64,000 bases of DNA, from positions 1,599-65,598 of the forward strand of contig JBEQUE010000051.1 of assembly GCA_040349255.1 (NCBI GenBank). The letters run 5' to 3'. This DNA comes from Acidobacteriota bacterium (GTDB taxonomy: Bacteria; Acidobacteriota; Thermoanaerobaculia; Multivoradales; UBA5704). Below are positions 49,594 to 59,152 of the stretch, in pieces (position 1 is the first letter of the stretch; every line of letters starts with the position of its first letter). Below the pieces are notes generated by a model that did not search any database, was not told the origin of the DNA, and worked only from the letters and a program-made list of their open reading frames with translations. The position numbers were made by a program, and so were the translations under genes.

Positions 49594-51159
49594 ATGGCAA
49601 AAAACATCTTTGCCAGAAAGCCCCTCGAGATGCTCCTGGCCGAGGCCAAGGACGACAACCGGCTGCGCCGGGTCCTCGGTCCGGTCCAGCTCTCCGCTCT
49701 TGGGGTGGGCGCCATCATCGGCGCGGGCATCTTCGTCGCGACCGGCGAGGCGGCCCACAACATCGCCGGCCCGGCGCTGATGCTCTCCTACGTCGTCGCC
49801 GGCATCACCTGCATCTTCGCGGCGCTCTGCTATGCGGAGTTCGCTTCCATGGTGCCGGTCGCCGGCTCGGCGTACACCTATGCCTACGCAACCCTCGGCG
49901 AGCTGTTCGCCTGGATCATCGGCTGGGATCTGGTCCTGGAGTACGCGGTGGGAAGCGCGACCGTGGCCAACGGATGGTCGGGATACTTCCAAAGCGTCAT
50001 GGCCAAGGCGGGGCTCGTCCTGCCGAAGATCTTCCAGGAAGCCCCGATCCGCTACGACGCGGCGACCGGCGAGTTCGTCTCGACCGGCTCGTACATCAAC
50101 CTGACGGCGATCATCATCGTCACCATCGTCACCATCATCCTCGTGAAGGGGATCTCCGAGAGCGCCAGCTTCAACGCCGCGATGGTCGCGGTCAAGCTGG
50201 CCGCCGTGCTGTTCGTGATCGGCGTCGGCGCCTTCTACGTCAACCCGGACAACTGGCATCCCTTCGCCCCGTATGGATGGACCGGCCTGAGCTTCTTCGG
50301 CAAGCACGTCGCCGGCCAGGCCGATGCCGGCGGTACACCGCTCGGCATGCTCGCGGGCGCGGCCATCATCTTCTTCGCCTACATCGGCTTCGACTCGGTG
50401 TCCACGCACACCGAGGAGGCGAAGAACCCGCAGCGCGACGTGCCGATCGGCATCATCGCCTCGCTGCTCATCTGCACCGTGCTCTACATCGCCGTGGTCG
50501 CGGTCCTGACCGGCATGGTCAGGTACGACCAGATCGACGTCGCGGCCGGCGTCAGCGACGCGTTCAAGCAACAAGGGCTCGGGGTCGCGGAGGTCATCAT
50601 CGCGATCGCCGGCGTGGCCGGCATCACCTCGGTGCTGCTGGTCATGATGCTCTCCGGCCCGCGCGTGTTCCTGGCCATGGCCCGCGACGGCCTGGTCCCC
50701 AAGGGCTTCTTCGGCGACGTCCATCCGAAGTTCCGCACGCCCTGGCGGTCGACGATCCTGGTCGGGGTGTTCGTCTGCGTCCTGACCGGCTTCCTGCCGC
50801 TCGGCTTCCTCCTCCACCTGACCAACATCGGCACCCTGTTCGCGTTCGTCATCGTGTGCGCCGCGGTGCTCATCATGCGCAAGAAGTACCCCGACGCCGA
50901 GCGGCCGTTCAAGTGCCCGTGGGTGCCGGTGGTGCCGGTCCTGGGCATCCTCTCCTGCCTGATGCTGATGTTCTCGCTGCCGGCGGACAACTGGCTGCGG
51001 CTCCTGGTCTGGCTGCTCATCGGCTTCGTGATCTACTTCGCGTACGGCCGGCACCACAGCGTGATGGCCACCCACACCCTGCACGAGGCGGCGAAGCACG
51101 GCATCTCGCCGCAGCAGAGCCTGCACAGCCCGCACAAGCACCCGGAGGACCGCGAGTAG
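49594..51159 (+). CDS. APC-family amino acid permease (CAT-like; paralog of 32613..34343)
   Basis: GAIIGAGIF, GSAYTYAYATLGE, FFAYIGFD, MARDGL. Confidence 0.9.
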   Translation: MAKNIFARKPLEMLLAEAKDDNRLRRVLGPVQLSALGVGAIIGAGIFVATGEAAHNIAGPALMLSYVVAGITCIFAALCYAEFASMVPVAGSAYTYAYATLGELFAWIIGWDLVLEYAVGSATVANGWSGYFQSVMAKAGLVLPKIFQEAPIRYDAATGEFVSTGSYINLTAIIIVTIVTIILVKGISESASFNAAMVAVKLAAVLFVIGVGAFYVNPDNWHPFAPYGWTGLSFFGKHVAGQADAGGTPLGMLAGAAIIFFAYIGFDSVSTHTEEAKNPQRDVPIGIIASLLICTVLYIAVVAVLTGMVRYDQIDVAAGVSDAFKQQGLGVAEVIIAIAGVAGITSVLLVMMLSGPRVFLAMARDGLVPKGFFGDVHPKFRTPWRSTILVGVFVCVLTGFLPLGFLLHLTNIGTLFAFVIVCAAVLIMRKKYPDAERPFKCPWVPVVPVLGILSCLMLMFSLPADNWLRLLVWLLIGFVIYFAYGRHHSVMATHTLHEAAKHGISPQQSLHSPHKHPEDRE

Positions 51160-51184
51160 CAGCAGAGTCGCGGATCGAGTTGGA

Positions 51185-51208
51185 AAGGGCGGCCGCAAGG
51201 CCGCCCTT
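51185..51208 (+). terminator. Terminator-like hairpin
   Basis: AAGGGCGGCC-GCAA-GGCCGCCCTT: 10-bp stem with a GNRA loop. Confidence 0.65.
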
Positions 51209-51232
51209 CGTGTCTTGATCCCCCGAATTGAA

Positions 51233-51249
51233 ATGGCTATTCTAGCCAT
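51233..51249. promoter_or_regulatory. Probable TA autorepression operator overlapping the -10 box
   Basis: ATGGCTA-TTC-TAGCCAT perfect inverted repeat immediately before the antitoxin ATG. Confidence 0.6.
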
Positions 51250-51549
51250 ATGAAGACAGCCACCCTTACCGAAACGAAGAATCACCTCAGCTCGCTCATC
51301 GATCAGGTCCGCCACGGCGAAACCATCCTGATCCTGGATCGGGGCCGCGCGGTGGCTCGTCTGGCTTCCGTTCTGGCTGAGGAAAGTGCCGCTCCTGAGG
51401 GAAGGGTCGAGCGTCTGGAACGGCAGGGAATCCTGCACCGGGCTCAGGCGTCAAAGGGACCGGATCTCTTCCAACGTCCGCGACCGGTGGCTCGCGAAGG
51501 CGCCAGCGTGCTGCAGGAGCTCCTGGATGAACGGAGCAGCGGGCGGTGA
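51250..51549 (+). CDS. Phd/YefM-family antitoxin
   Basis: MKTATLTETKNHLSSLIDQVRHGETILILDRGRAVARL. Confidence 0.88.
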   Translation: MKTATLTETKNHLSSLIDQVRHGETILILDRGRAVARLASVLAEESAAPEGRVERLERQGILHRAQASKGPDLFQRPRPVAREGASVLQELLDERSSGR

Positions 51550-51989
51550 GATTCTGGGACAGCTCGGCCCTGGTGCCGCTCCTGGTTGAAGAGGAGACCA
51601 GCAAACCTTTGGAAGCCCTGTTCCGGGACGAGCAGAGCGTCGCCGTGTGGTGGGGCGCCGAGGTCGAATGCGCTTCCGCGGCGGCGCGGCTCGAACGGAT
51701 GGGCAAGCTCACCGCGGCCGAGACGAGCGACGTGTTTCAGCAGCTCCAGAAGCTCGCCCAGGTCTGGCATCTTGTCGATCCAGTGGAGACGATCCGAGTC
51801 TCCGCCAAACGCTTTCTCCGCGTCCATGACATCCGTGCCGCGGATGCCCTGCAGCTTGCCGCTGCCTTCCTGGCTGCTGAAGGACGCCCCGCAAGCCTTG
51901 AGGTCGTCTGCCTGGATGACCGGCTGGTCACGGCCGCTCGCCGAGAAGGCTTTCAGGTTGTAGACCGTTCTTCCCTGCTGGGCCAGTAA
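51546..51989 (+). CDS. vapC: VapC/PIN-domain toxin
   Basis: FWDSSALVPL..E..RAADALQLAAA..LDDRL; GTGA overlap. Confidence 0.88.
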   Translation: MRFWDSSALVPLLVEEETSKPLEALFRDEQSVAVWWGAEVECASAAARLERMGKLTAAETSDVFQQLQKLAQVWHLVDPVETIRVSAKRFLRVHDIRAADALQLAAAFLAAEGRPASLEVVCLDDRLVTAARREGFQVVDRSSLLGQ

Positions 51990-52079
51990 GCGAAAGCTGA
52001 AGCTGGCGCCGATCGGCGAGTACGAGCCGCAGGAGTACCTGTCACGGTTCATGGCACGTTCCGCCAGATCGAGCTGGAG

Positions 52080-52224
52080 ATGCCCAACCTCTCGATCCAG
52101 AACGAGATCAGCGTTGCCGAGGTGCCTTGGATGAAGGGCGGGAAGGCACGGGCGGCCAAGCTATCGCCCGAGGAGCGAAAGGAGATCACCGGAGGCGGCG
52201 GCGAGATGGAGGGATCGGGATTGA
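52080..52224 (+). pseudogene. Frameshifted remnant of a small KGG-motif protein
   Basis: KGGKARAAKLSPEERKEI in one frame and EAAARWRDRD* in another; the usual motif is KGG..E.RKEIA..AAAARW. Confidence 0.55.
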
Positions 52225-52286
52225 CCGCCTTTATAGTTTTTCGACCTCATCTGTGGTAGCGTTTCTATAAAGCCCTGTCCGGTTGA

Positions 52287-53042
52287 CCTGAGCTTCCACC
52301 AGTACGGCTTCCCGACCTTGAAGGACAACCTCCTGAGCTTGCGGCGCAAGTAATTCGGGCGGAGTGGCTGTTGGGCGAAAAGCCCATTCCGAACATGATT
52401 CACCTATTAGAGTCTCGCGGAGCCCTGGTGTTTTCACTGGCACAGGACTGCCATGAGTTGGACGCGTTCTCATTCTGGTCCGGCAAACGGCCTATAGTCC
52501 TTCTCAACACGATGAAAACTGCGGAGCGCAGCCGGATTGATGCGGCGCACGAACTGTTTCATTTGGTCGCACACAAGGAAGAAACAGGGAAAGCAGAGGA
52601 AGAAGACGCGGATGCTTTCGCTGGCGCATTGCTGATGCCTCAGAACGACCTGCGGCAACGTATTCCGCGAGTGCTTGGATTGAACCAGTTAATAGAAGCG
52701 AAGGCCCGATGGGGCGTATCGCTGGCGGCGCTGGTATATCGGCTGCACAAGGTCTACCTCTGTACAGAGTGGCAATACCGTACGCTTTTCATGGAGTTGT
52801 CTAAGCGGGGCTATCGATCGTCAGAACCAAACTCGATTCCTCGCGAGGGATCAGCCTTACTCTCGAAGGTCTTCGAAGTCCTCCGAGCCCAGGGAATCAC
52901 CCCGCGCCGCATCGCAAGCGAGCTAGGGCTTTCCCTTGGGCAGTTGCAGGAGCTTCTCCTTGGCCTAGGCGCGGCCTTTCTCAGCTTCGAGGGTGGCGGA
53001 AATAGCAATCGAGGCGGACGAGACCACCTCCGCTTGGTCTGA
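52287..53042 (+). pseudogene. 5'-truncated ImmA/IrrE metallopeptidase (N-terminal HTH missing)
   Basis: AAHELFHLV (HExxH), ADAFAGALLMP, WGVSLAALVYR. The frame runs back to a TGA at 52284 with no convincing start; lower GC and atypical codons. Confidence 0.75.
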
Positions 53043-53081
53043 AGGCCGCCAATACTGGCTGGGTCAAATAAGCCACTACCG

Positions 53082-53375
53082 CATCGGACAGGGATCGGTC
53101 CGTTCCCTGTTCGTTTTGTCTCTCATCGGACAGGGATCGGTCCGTTCCCCGTCCGTTTTGCCTCTCATCGGACAGGGATCGGTTCGTTCCCTGTCCGTTT
53201 TGCCTCCCATCGGACAGGGATCGGTTCGTTCCCTGTCCGTTTTGCCTCCCATCGGACAGGGATCGGTTCGTTCCCCGTCCGTTTTGCCTCTCATCGGACA
53301 GGGATCGGTTCGTTCCCCGTCCGTTTTGTCTCTCATCGGACAGGGATCGGTTCGTTCCCTGTCCGTTTTGCCTCC
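53082..53375. repeat. 7 x 42-bp direct tandem repeat; each unit is a hairpin plus a T tract
   Basis: CATCGGACAGGGATCGGT(T/C)CGTTCCC(T/C)GT(C/T)CGTTTTG(C/T)CTC(T/C) at 53082, 53124, 53166, 53208, 53250, 53292, 53334. Confidence 0.97.
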
Positions 53376-53379
53376 GGGA

Positions 53380-54801
53380 TCACTTCGCCGGGACGGGCTT
53401 GGCTTTCCGGACCTCCGCCAGCTTGCCCTGGATCTCGCCCAGCGTTCCCGGCGGCAGGAGAAGGATCAGATTCCTGTCGCTCGCCGTGGCCGGCGTTCCG
53501 GCGGCCACCGGCGCGAAGAGCTTCAGCGTCTCCTGGCCCTTCTTGCTTCCTAGCGTCACCGTCAACATCGGCTTGCCGTTGGGGGTGATCCCGACCGCCA
53601 CCGCCTCGTCCGGCGTGAGGAGACGGTCGGCCTTCGCTCCGACCAGGGAGAAAAGGAGATCGCTCACCGGCAGGTAGGAGATGGTCTCGTTGCCCCGCTT
53701 CCAGTCCGGCTCGGCGCGGGTGAGCGCGAGCGCGCCCTGGCCGTCCTGGACCGTGGCGCTCTCCACGTCGAAGCTCTCCAGCGAGGAGAGCGACGCGGCC
53801 CGCCAGTCTGTTGCCGGACGGGCCGCGGCCTCGGCCAGGCGGGTCCGGACCTCGAACCTCTGGCCTCCCGAGCTCGCCTGGAACGTTTTCGCCTGCGCCG
53901 CGGGGTTCTCGTCTTCCGCCGACTCCGGAGTCGGCGCGGGGGTCGAGACCTCCTCGCCCAGCTCGATCCGGAACGGCGGCGCCTGGTCGGAGACCACCTC
54001 CACGGTCGCCGCGGAAGTCGCCGGCTGGACCGTTTCGCCACCGTCGAGGAAGCGCTCGGCCGTGAGGCCGCTCAGCTCCGCGAACAGGTCGTCGATCCTG
54101 TCGCGGTCCGCCCGGTCCCGGATCGGACTCTCGATCCGGAACGAGTCCCCCTGACGGGCAAGGACGACCTGCTGGCCTCCCGAGACGAGCGTGATGCGCT
54201 GGACGTGGTCGCGATCGCCGCGGTACATCTGGCGGTCGCGCCAGTCGCCGGGGTTGCGCCGGATCTCGGCCAGGAAGGAGTCGCTCACGACCAGCGCGCC
54301 CTTCTCACCATCCAGCGCCGCGATCGTGGTGCCGCTGGTCGGGATCTCGGCGCCGACCTTCAGCACCTTCTCGCCCTCGGCGGTCTTCACCCGCACCGTG
54401 GCCCGCGGCTTGTCGAGGCCGACCTCCTTCACGTTCACCTCGTCCAGCTTGCGGACCGTGTCGAGCGCGGCCAGGGCGCCGAGCAGGCCGTCCACCAGAG
54501 ACGTGTCGGCCCGGGCTTTCAGGGGCTCGACGATCCGCCACTCCGCCGGCTCCTCCAGGGCCAGCTCGTCCCCTTCCTTCTTCTCCTTCTTCGGAGCGGG
54601 CGAGCTCACCTTCTCCAGCCGGACCGTGCCGGCGTCGGACTGGAGGAAGACGGCCGTGACGTCCTCTTTCTTGAGCGGGATGGCCTTCTTCTCCAGCTCG
54701 GCGCGCTCCTCGCTGGACGGCTGGTCCCGGTCGTAGAACCAGATGTAGGAGCCCAGGCCGAGGACCAGCACGAGCAGCACGAGCAGGGTGCGGGGCTTCA
54801 T
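53380..54801 (-). CDS. DUF4340-type membrane-anchored periplasmic protein
   Basis: N-terminal TM helix, three internally repeated domains, last gene of a Gld-like ABC operon. Confidence 0.75.
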   Translation of the reverse strand: MKPRTLLVLLVLVLGLGSYIWFYDRDQPSSEERAELEKKAIPLKKEDVTAVFLQSDAGTVRLEKVSSPAPKKEKKEGDELALEEPAEWRIVEPLKARADTSLVDGLLGALAALDTVRKLDEVNVKEVGLDKPRATVRVKTAEGEKVLKVGAEIPTSGTTIAALDGEKGALVVSDSFLAEIRRNPGDWRDRQMYRGDRDHVQRITLVSGGQQVVLARQGDSFRIESPIRDRADRDRIDDLFAELSGLTAERFLDGGETVQPATSAATVEVVSDQAPPFRIELGEEVSTPAPTPESAEDENPAAQAKTFQASSGGQRFEVRTRLAEAAARPATDWRAASLSSLESFDVESATVQDGQGALALTRAEPDWKRGNETISYLPVSDLLFSLVGAKADRLLTPDEAVAVGITPNGKPMLTVTLGSKKGQETLKLFAPVAAGTPATASDRNLILLLPPGTLGEIQGKLAEVRKAKPVPAK

Positions 54802-54807
54802 GGCCGC

Positions 54808-56268
54808 CTACCTCCGCCTCTTCGACCAGACCACGATGCCCGCGATGGCCGCGATCGACGGCAGGAGCAGCAGGGCCACCCCGTAGATGGTCCAGGACTG
54901 CTCCTTGGTCAGGTTGAGCCGCACCTGCTCGGTCTTGCGCGGCGGGATCGCCAGCAGCGTCTCGCGCTCGACCAGCCAGTTCAGCGCGTTCGAGAGCAGG
55001 AAGGCGTTCGGCGAGTTCGCCTGGATGAGCTGGTTCGTGGCGAAGTCGGCGTCGCCGAACACCACGAGCCGCATCTTCTTGCCGCCGCGTTCCCCTTCCG
55101 CCGCCACGCCGAGCGGCACCGGCCCGGCCACGTCCTGCGGCCCCTTCTCCACCTCGGCGAGCGCGGCGAGGTCCGTCTCGCCCCAGCCCTCGCCGGAGGT
55201 GTGGAGCAGCTCGGTCACCGTGATCCCGCCCCCGCCGCTCCCCTTTCCTACCGACCGCGCCACCGAGAACAGCACCGGCAGGCGCGACTGCGAGAGCGCG
55301 TTGGTCACCGGGTGGCTGCCGTACTCGTTGGCGAACAGCGTCGCCGCCGTGTAGCCCGGGATCGTGTTCGGCGGATCGACCACCACGTCGCTGTCGAGTC
55401 GCACGCCGAACTGGCTGAGCCACTGCTCGAAGCCGCTCGGCGTGGGCCCGGAGCCCTCGGCCCTGCCCAGGTTGGGTTCGAGCAGGGCGAGCAGGCGGCC
55501 GCCGCCATTGAGATAGACGGCCAGGGCATCCAGCTCCGGGTTCAGGAACGGGCTCTTCGGGCCGGCCACGACCACGAGGTCGGTGCCCGGCGGGATCGCG
55601 GTCTTGCCGAGCGAGGACCACTCCTCGACGTCGAAGTTGTCGGTGCCCAGGATCTGCTGGATGCCGGCCAGGCCGTCCGGCGCCTGGCTGTCGAGCGAGC
55701 GCTCGCCGTGGCCGGTCGTGAACAGCGCCTTGGGCTTCCTCCCCTCGTCGAGCTGCAGGATGGCGCCGGTGAAGAGCTGCTCGCCCTTGAACCCCTTGAC
55801 CGACGGCGCCTGGCCCATCTCCATGCCGGAGAAGTCCATCTCGGCCAGGCTGTCGCTCGGGATCGCCCGCCGGTCCTTGCCGCTCTGGACCACGACGCCG
55901 TAGCCGGAGATCTGGTACTGCTGGATGAGCTGCTGCGCCTGGACCGGGTTGCGCTGCGGGTCGATGTAGCGCACCTTGACCCGCGGAGACCTCGCGGTGT
56001 ACTGCGACATCAGCTCCTGCACCGGCTGGTAGAGCTCGTCGCCGGGCGGCAGGAAGACGACGAACTCGACGTCGCGCTTCAGGTCCCGGAGCACGTTCTT
56101 CGACTTGTCCGAGAGCGTGTAGAGGTCGCTCGACGTCCAGTCGAAGCGCTTGTGATACTTCCAGCCGAAGTAGTTGACGATCGCGAGGAGACCCGCGATC
56201 AGGAGGACGGCGGCCGAGAGGGTCCCCGTCCGGACGAGCCAGCGCCGGTTGATGTTCGTGTCAGCCAT
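54808..56268 (-). CDS. GldG-like ABC auxiliary protein
   Basis: RFDWT..YTLS, TGHGE, VVAGP, VFGDADF, NALNWL, C-terminal TM helix. Confidence 0.85.
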   Translation of the reverse strand: MADTNINRRWLVRTGTLSAAVLLIAGLLAIVNYFGWKYHKRFDWTSSDLYTLSDKSKNVLRDLKRDVEFVVFLPPGDELYQPVQELMSQYTARSPRVKVRYIDPQRNPVQAQQLIQQYQISGYGVVVQSGKDRRAIPSDSLAEMDFSGMEMGQAPSVKGFKGEQLFTGAILQLDEGRKPKALFTTGHGERSLDSQAPDGLAGIQQILGTDNFDVEEWSSLGKTAIPPGTDLVVVAGPKSPFLNPELDALAVYLNGGGRLLALLEPNLGRAEGSGPTPSGFEQWLSQFGVRLDSDVVVDPPNTIPGYTAATLFANEYGSHPVTNALSQSRLPVLFSVARSVGKGSGGGGITVTELLHTSGEGWGETDLAALAEVEKGPQDVAGPVPLGVAAEGERGGKKMRLVVFGDADFATNQLIQANSPNAFLLSNALNWLVERETLLAIPPRKTEQVRLNLTKEQSWTIYGVALLLLPSIAAIAGIVVWSKRRR

Positions 56269-56271
56269 CCG

Positions 56272-57003
56272 CTACCTCCACTTCTTGTCTTCCAGCGCGC
56301 GGCTGGCCAGGAAAAGGAAGAACAGGGTGGACGACACGTAGAACACCAGGCGCCGGCTGTCCACGATGCCGCGGGAGAGCTCGTCGAGATGCTCGCCGAG
56401 GCTCAGGTACGAGAACACCTGCTTGGCGGTCTCGCCCGCGAAGATGTCGGTGAACCAGCCGAGCAGGAAGAGCAGGAAGAGCAGCGCCGCCGTGACCATG
56501 GCGGCCACGAGCTGGCTGCTCGTCGTGGCCGAGGCGAACGTGCCGATCGCCAGGAACAGCGCGCCGACGCAGAGGATCCCCAGGTAGCCGGCCGCCACCG
56601 GCCCCCAGTCCACCTCGCTGTAGTGGTCGATCACGGCCGCGTAGATCAGGGTGGGCAGCCAGAGGAAGGCGAAGAACGTCAGGGCCGCGAGGTACTTGCC
56701 GGCGATCACCTGGCCCTCGGTGATCGGCGCGGTCATCAGCACCTCGATCGAGCCGCTGCGCAGCTCCTCGCTGATCAGGCGCATGGTCAGCACGACGCCG
56801 AGGATGAGGAGGATCAGCGTGGTGCTGCCGAAGAAGTACTGCATCGGCGGCCCGGCGGGAGACCGCGGGTCGCTCAGGATCGAGGCCAGGTTGCCGAACA
56901 CGATGCCGTTGACGATCAGGAAGAAGAACAGGACCACGTAGGCGAGCGGCGAGACGAAGAACGCCCGCAGCTCGCGCAGATAGGTCGCCAGGACGGCCTT
57001 CAT
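56272..57003 (-). CDS. ABC-2 permease (GldF-like)
   Basis: RELRAFFVSPLAY, EELRSGSIEVLMTAP, GKYLA. Confidence 0.88.
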   Translation of the reverse strand: MKAVLATYLRELRAFFVSPLAYVVLFFFLIVNGIVFGNLASILSDPRSPAGPPMQYFFGSTTLILLILGVVLTMRLISEELRSGSIEVLMTAPITEGQVIAGKYLAALTFFAFLWLPTLIYAAVIDHYSEVDWGPVAAGYLGILCVGALFLAIGTFASATTSSQLVAAMVTAALLFLLFLLGWFTDIFAGETAKQVFSYLSLGEHLDELSRGIVDSRRLVFYVSSTLFFLFLASRALEDKKWR

Positions 57004-57959
57004 GACGGCACCTCCTCGTGGGCATCCTCGGCATCTTCGGAATGGGCAGCGTCGTGGGTCGTGAGCTGCACGAAGAGGTCCTCCAGCGAGGCGCGTCCGC
57101 GGGAGAGCTCCAGGAGCACCCAGCCGCGCTCGACCGCGGTCCGGAAGACCTCCTCGCGAACGTCGGCGCCGCTCCGGAAGTCCACCACGAAGCCGCCTTC
57201 GCCGGACGGGTGGACCCCGGTCACGCCGTCGATCCGGCCGAGGATCTCGGCGAGGTCGGAAGGGGTGTCCTTGAGCACGATACGGAGGTTGGGGTCGGTC
57301 CGGCGCAGGCTCTCGGGCGTTCCCTGGGCCACGATGCGCCCGCGGTCGATGATCACCACCCGGCTGCACAGCAGCTCGACCTCGGGCAGGATGTGGGTCG
57401 AAAGGAGCAGCGTGCGCTCGCGGCCGAGCTCGCGGATCAGCTCGCGGATGGCGATGATCTGCCGCGGGTCGAGGCCGACGGTGGGCTCGTCGAGCACCAG
57501 CACCCGGGGCTTGTGGAGGATGGCGGTGGCGAGCCCCACCCTCTGCTTGAAGCCCTTGGAGAGGGTGCCGATGATCTGGCGCCGCACGTCGGTGAGCAGG
57601 CAGCGCTCGACCGCGGAGCCGATCGCGTCGCGGGCCTCGGCGCGGGAGAGCCCTTCGAGGCGGGCGCGGTAGGCGAGGTACTCCTCGACGCGCATCTCGT
57701 TGTAGAGCGCCACGTTCTCGGGCAGGTAGCCGACCTGCCGGCGGGCCGCCCGGGGCGACTCGAACAGGTCCATGCCCGCCACCGCCACCTTGCCGCTGGT
57801 GGGCGGCAGGAAGCCGGTGATCATGCGGATGGTGGTCGTCTTGCCCGCGCCGTTCGGCCCGAGGATGCCCACGATCTCCTTCTCGCCGACCGAAAAGGAG
57901 ATGTCGTCCACGGCCGTGAAGTCCCCGTAGCGGCGGACCAGGTTCTGTGCTTCGATCAT
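57000..57959 (-). CDS. ABC ATP-binding protein (GldA-like)
   Basis: GPNGAGKTT, LSKGFKQR, LDEPT, STH. Confidence 0.92.
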   Translation of the reverse strand: MIEAQNLVRRYGDFTAVDDISFSVGEKEIVGILGPNGAGKTTTIRMITGFLPPTSGKVAVAGMDLFESPRAARRQVGYLPENVALYNEMRVEEYLAYRARLEGLSRAEARDAIGSAVERCLLTDVRRQIIGTLSKGFKQRVGLATAILHKPRVLVLDEPTVGLDPRQIIAIRELIRELGRERTLLLSTHILPEVELLCSRVVIIDRGRIVAQGTPESLRRTDPNLRIVLKDTPSDLAEILGRIDGVTGVHPSGEGGFVVDFRSGADVREEVFRTAVERGWVLLELSRGRASLEDLFVQLTTHDAAHSEDAEDAHEEVPS

Positions 57960-58094
57960 GTCAGGGGTATCCCTCCAAAACCAGGGTTGGAGCCAGAGCA
58001 AATCGGGTGCCCGGGGTTTTCCACGGTTTCCGGGCCCAAACGTGCCAATCTGGCGCGCGACGGCCAGGGATCGTGCACGGACTGGCGGGCCGGC

Positions 58095-58523
58095 TCAGAT
58101 AGCCATCTTCCACGGGTTGAGCAGCTTCACGCCCGAGCGCTGGAAATCGTCCTCGTTGCGGGTCACGAGCACCAGTCGATGGTGCAGGGCCGTGGCGGCG
58201 ATCAGGGAGTCCATGGCGGGCATGGGAAGCCCCCTGGATTCCAGGCTGCCTGCCAGCGCTCCCCAGGCCAGGAAGACCTCGGTGTCGAGCGCGAGGATCT
58301 GGTGCTTGAAGCGGACCAGCAGCTCTTCGTGGAGCCAGGCCTTGAGGATCTCCTTCCGCCTCGGGTCGCGCGCCTTCTCGATGCCCTTCTGGATCTCGCC
58401 GATCGTCACGGCGCTGAGGTGAATGCTTTCGGGGTCCACGCCGTCGATCCAGCGCACCACGGCCGGCTCGGCCCGCTTCGACGCCAGCTCCGAGATGACG
58501 CAGGTGTCCAGCAGGTAGGTCAC
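58095..58523 (-). CDS. vapC: VapC/PIN-domain toxin
   Basis: YLLDTCVISEL..TIGEI..DSLIAATA..VTRNEDDF..NPW; GTGA overlap. Confidence 0.9.
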   Translation of the reverse strand: MTYLLDTCVISELASKRAEPAVVRWIDGVDPESIHLSAVTIGEIQKGIEKARDPRRKEILKAWLHEELLVRFKHQILALDTEVFLAWGALAGSLESRGLPMPAMDSLIAATALHHRLVLVTRNEDDFQRSGVKLLNPWKMAI

Positions 58524-58768
58524 AGATCGGGATCCGGCCTCGCCGGGCTCCGGTCCCGCTCGAGGTCGAGGCCTTCGAGAGGAGACTGCCTGAAGAACTC
58601 GGACAGGGGCATCCGCTTCTTCTTGAGCTGAAGGTACTCGGGATAGGAGAGGACGACCGCGACCTCCTCTCCGCGCCGGGTCAGGATCTGTGGCCCGCCG
58701 TCGATGGCCCTTTCGACCACCTCGCTCAGCTTGTTTTTCGCTTCCTGGATCTGCCAGACCCGCTCCAT
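58520..58768 (-). CDS. Phd/YefM-family antitoxin
   Basis: WQIQEAKNKLSEVVERA..GPQILTRRGEEVAVVLS. Confidence 0.9.
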   Translation of the reverse strand: MERVWQIQEAKNKLSEVVERAIDGGPQILTRRGEEVAVVLSYPEYLQLKKKRMPLSEFFRQSPLEGLDLERDRSPARPDPDL

Positions 58769-58782
58769 GAGGCACCTCCCGG

Positions 58783-58795
58783 CTAGACTGTCTAG
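58783..58795. promoter_or_regulatory. Probable TA operator palindrome
   Basis: CTAGAC-T-GTCTAG just upstream of the antitoxin RBS. Confidence 0.5.
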
Positions 58796-58842
58796 ATCCT
58801 AGAGCTCAGGCTCCGAGTCGTCAAGGTGATATCCTGTCCGGC

Positions 58843-59142
58843 ATGGCAGACAAGGACAAGGCATCGGGGATGAAGTCGGCCTACGAGCTGGCGCTGGAGC
58901 GGCTGGAGAAGCAGGGGATCGAGCGTCCTCGGGAGGACATGGCCGAGGAGGTCAAGGAGAAGGTGGCGGAGCTGCGCCGGCAGGCCGAGGCCAGGCTCGC
59001 GGAGCTGGAGATCCTGCACAAGGACCGGCTGAAGAAGGTCGATCCGGTCAAGCGCCAGGAGGAAGAGGAGGAGTACGTCCGCGAGCGCCGCCGCATCGAG
59101 GACGACCGCGACCGCAAGATCGAGAAGCTGCGGTCCCAGTAG
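58843..59142 (+). CDS. Small charged coiled-coil hypothetical protein
   Basis: MKSAYELALERL..; E/K/R-rich; typical codon usage; TATCCT upstream. Confidence 0.75.
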   Translation: MADKDKASGMKSAYELALERLEKQGIERPREDMAEEVKEKVAELRRQAEARLAELEILHKDRLKKVDPVKRQEEEEEYVRERRRIEDDRDRKIEKLRSQ

Positions 59143-59152
59143 CCACAATCCC

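Noticed and set aside
51210-53080. Intact prophage, ICE or IS element
   Set aside because: No integrase, transposase, terminal inverted repeats, att-like direct repeats or adjacent tRNA are recognisable.
53082-53375. CRISPR array
   Set aside because: The units are contiguous and near-identical with no unique spacers, and there are no cas genes in the window.
52993-53553. ORFs with 14-aa repeats (IGQGSVRSLSVLPP; minus strand MRDKTDGERTDPCP)
   Set aside because: They overlap real genes, and the conserved feature is a nucleotide palindrome. Translation is not fully excluded because 42 is divisible by 3.
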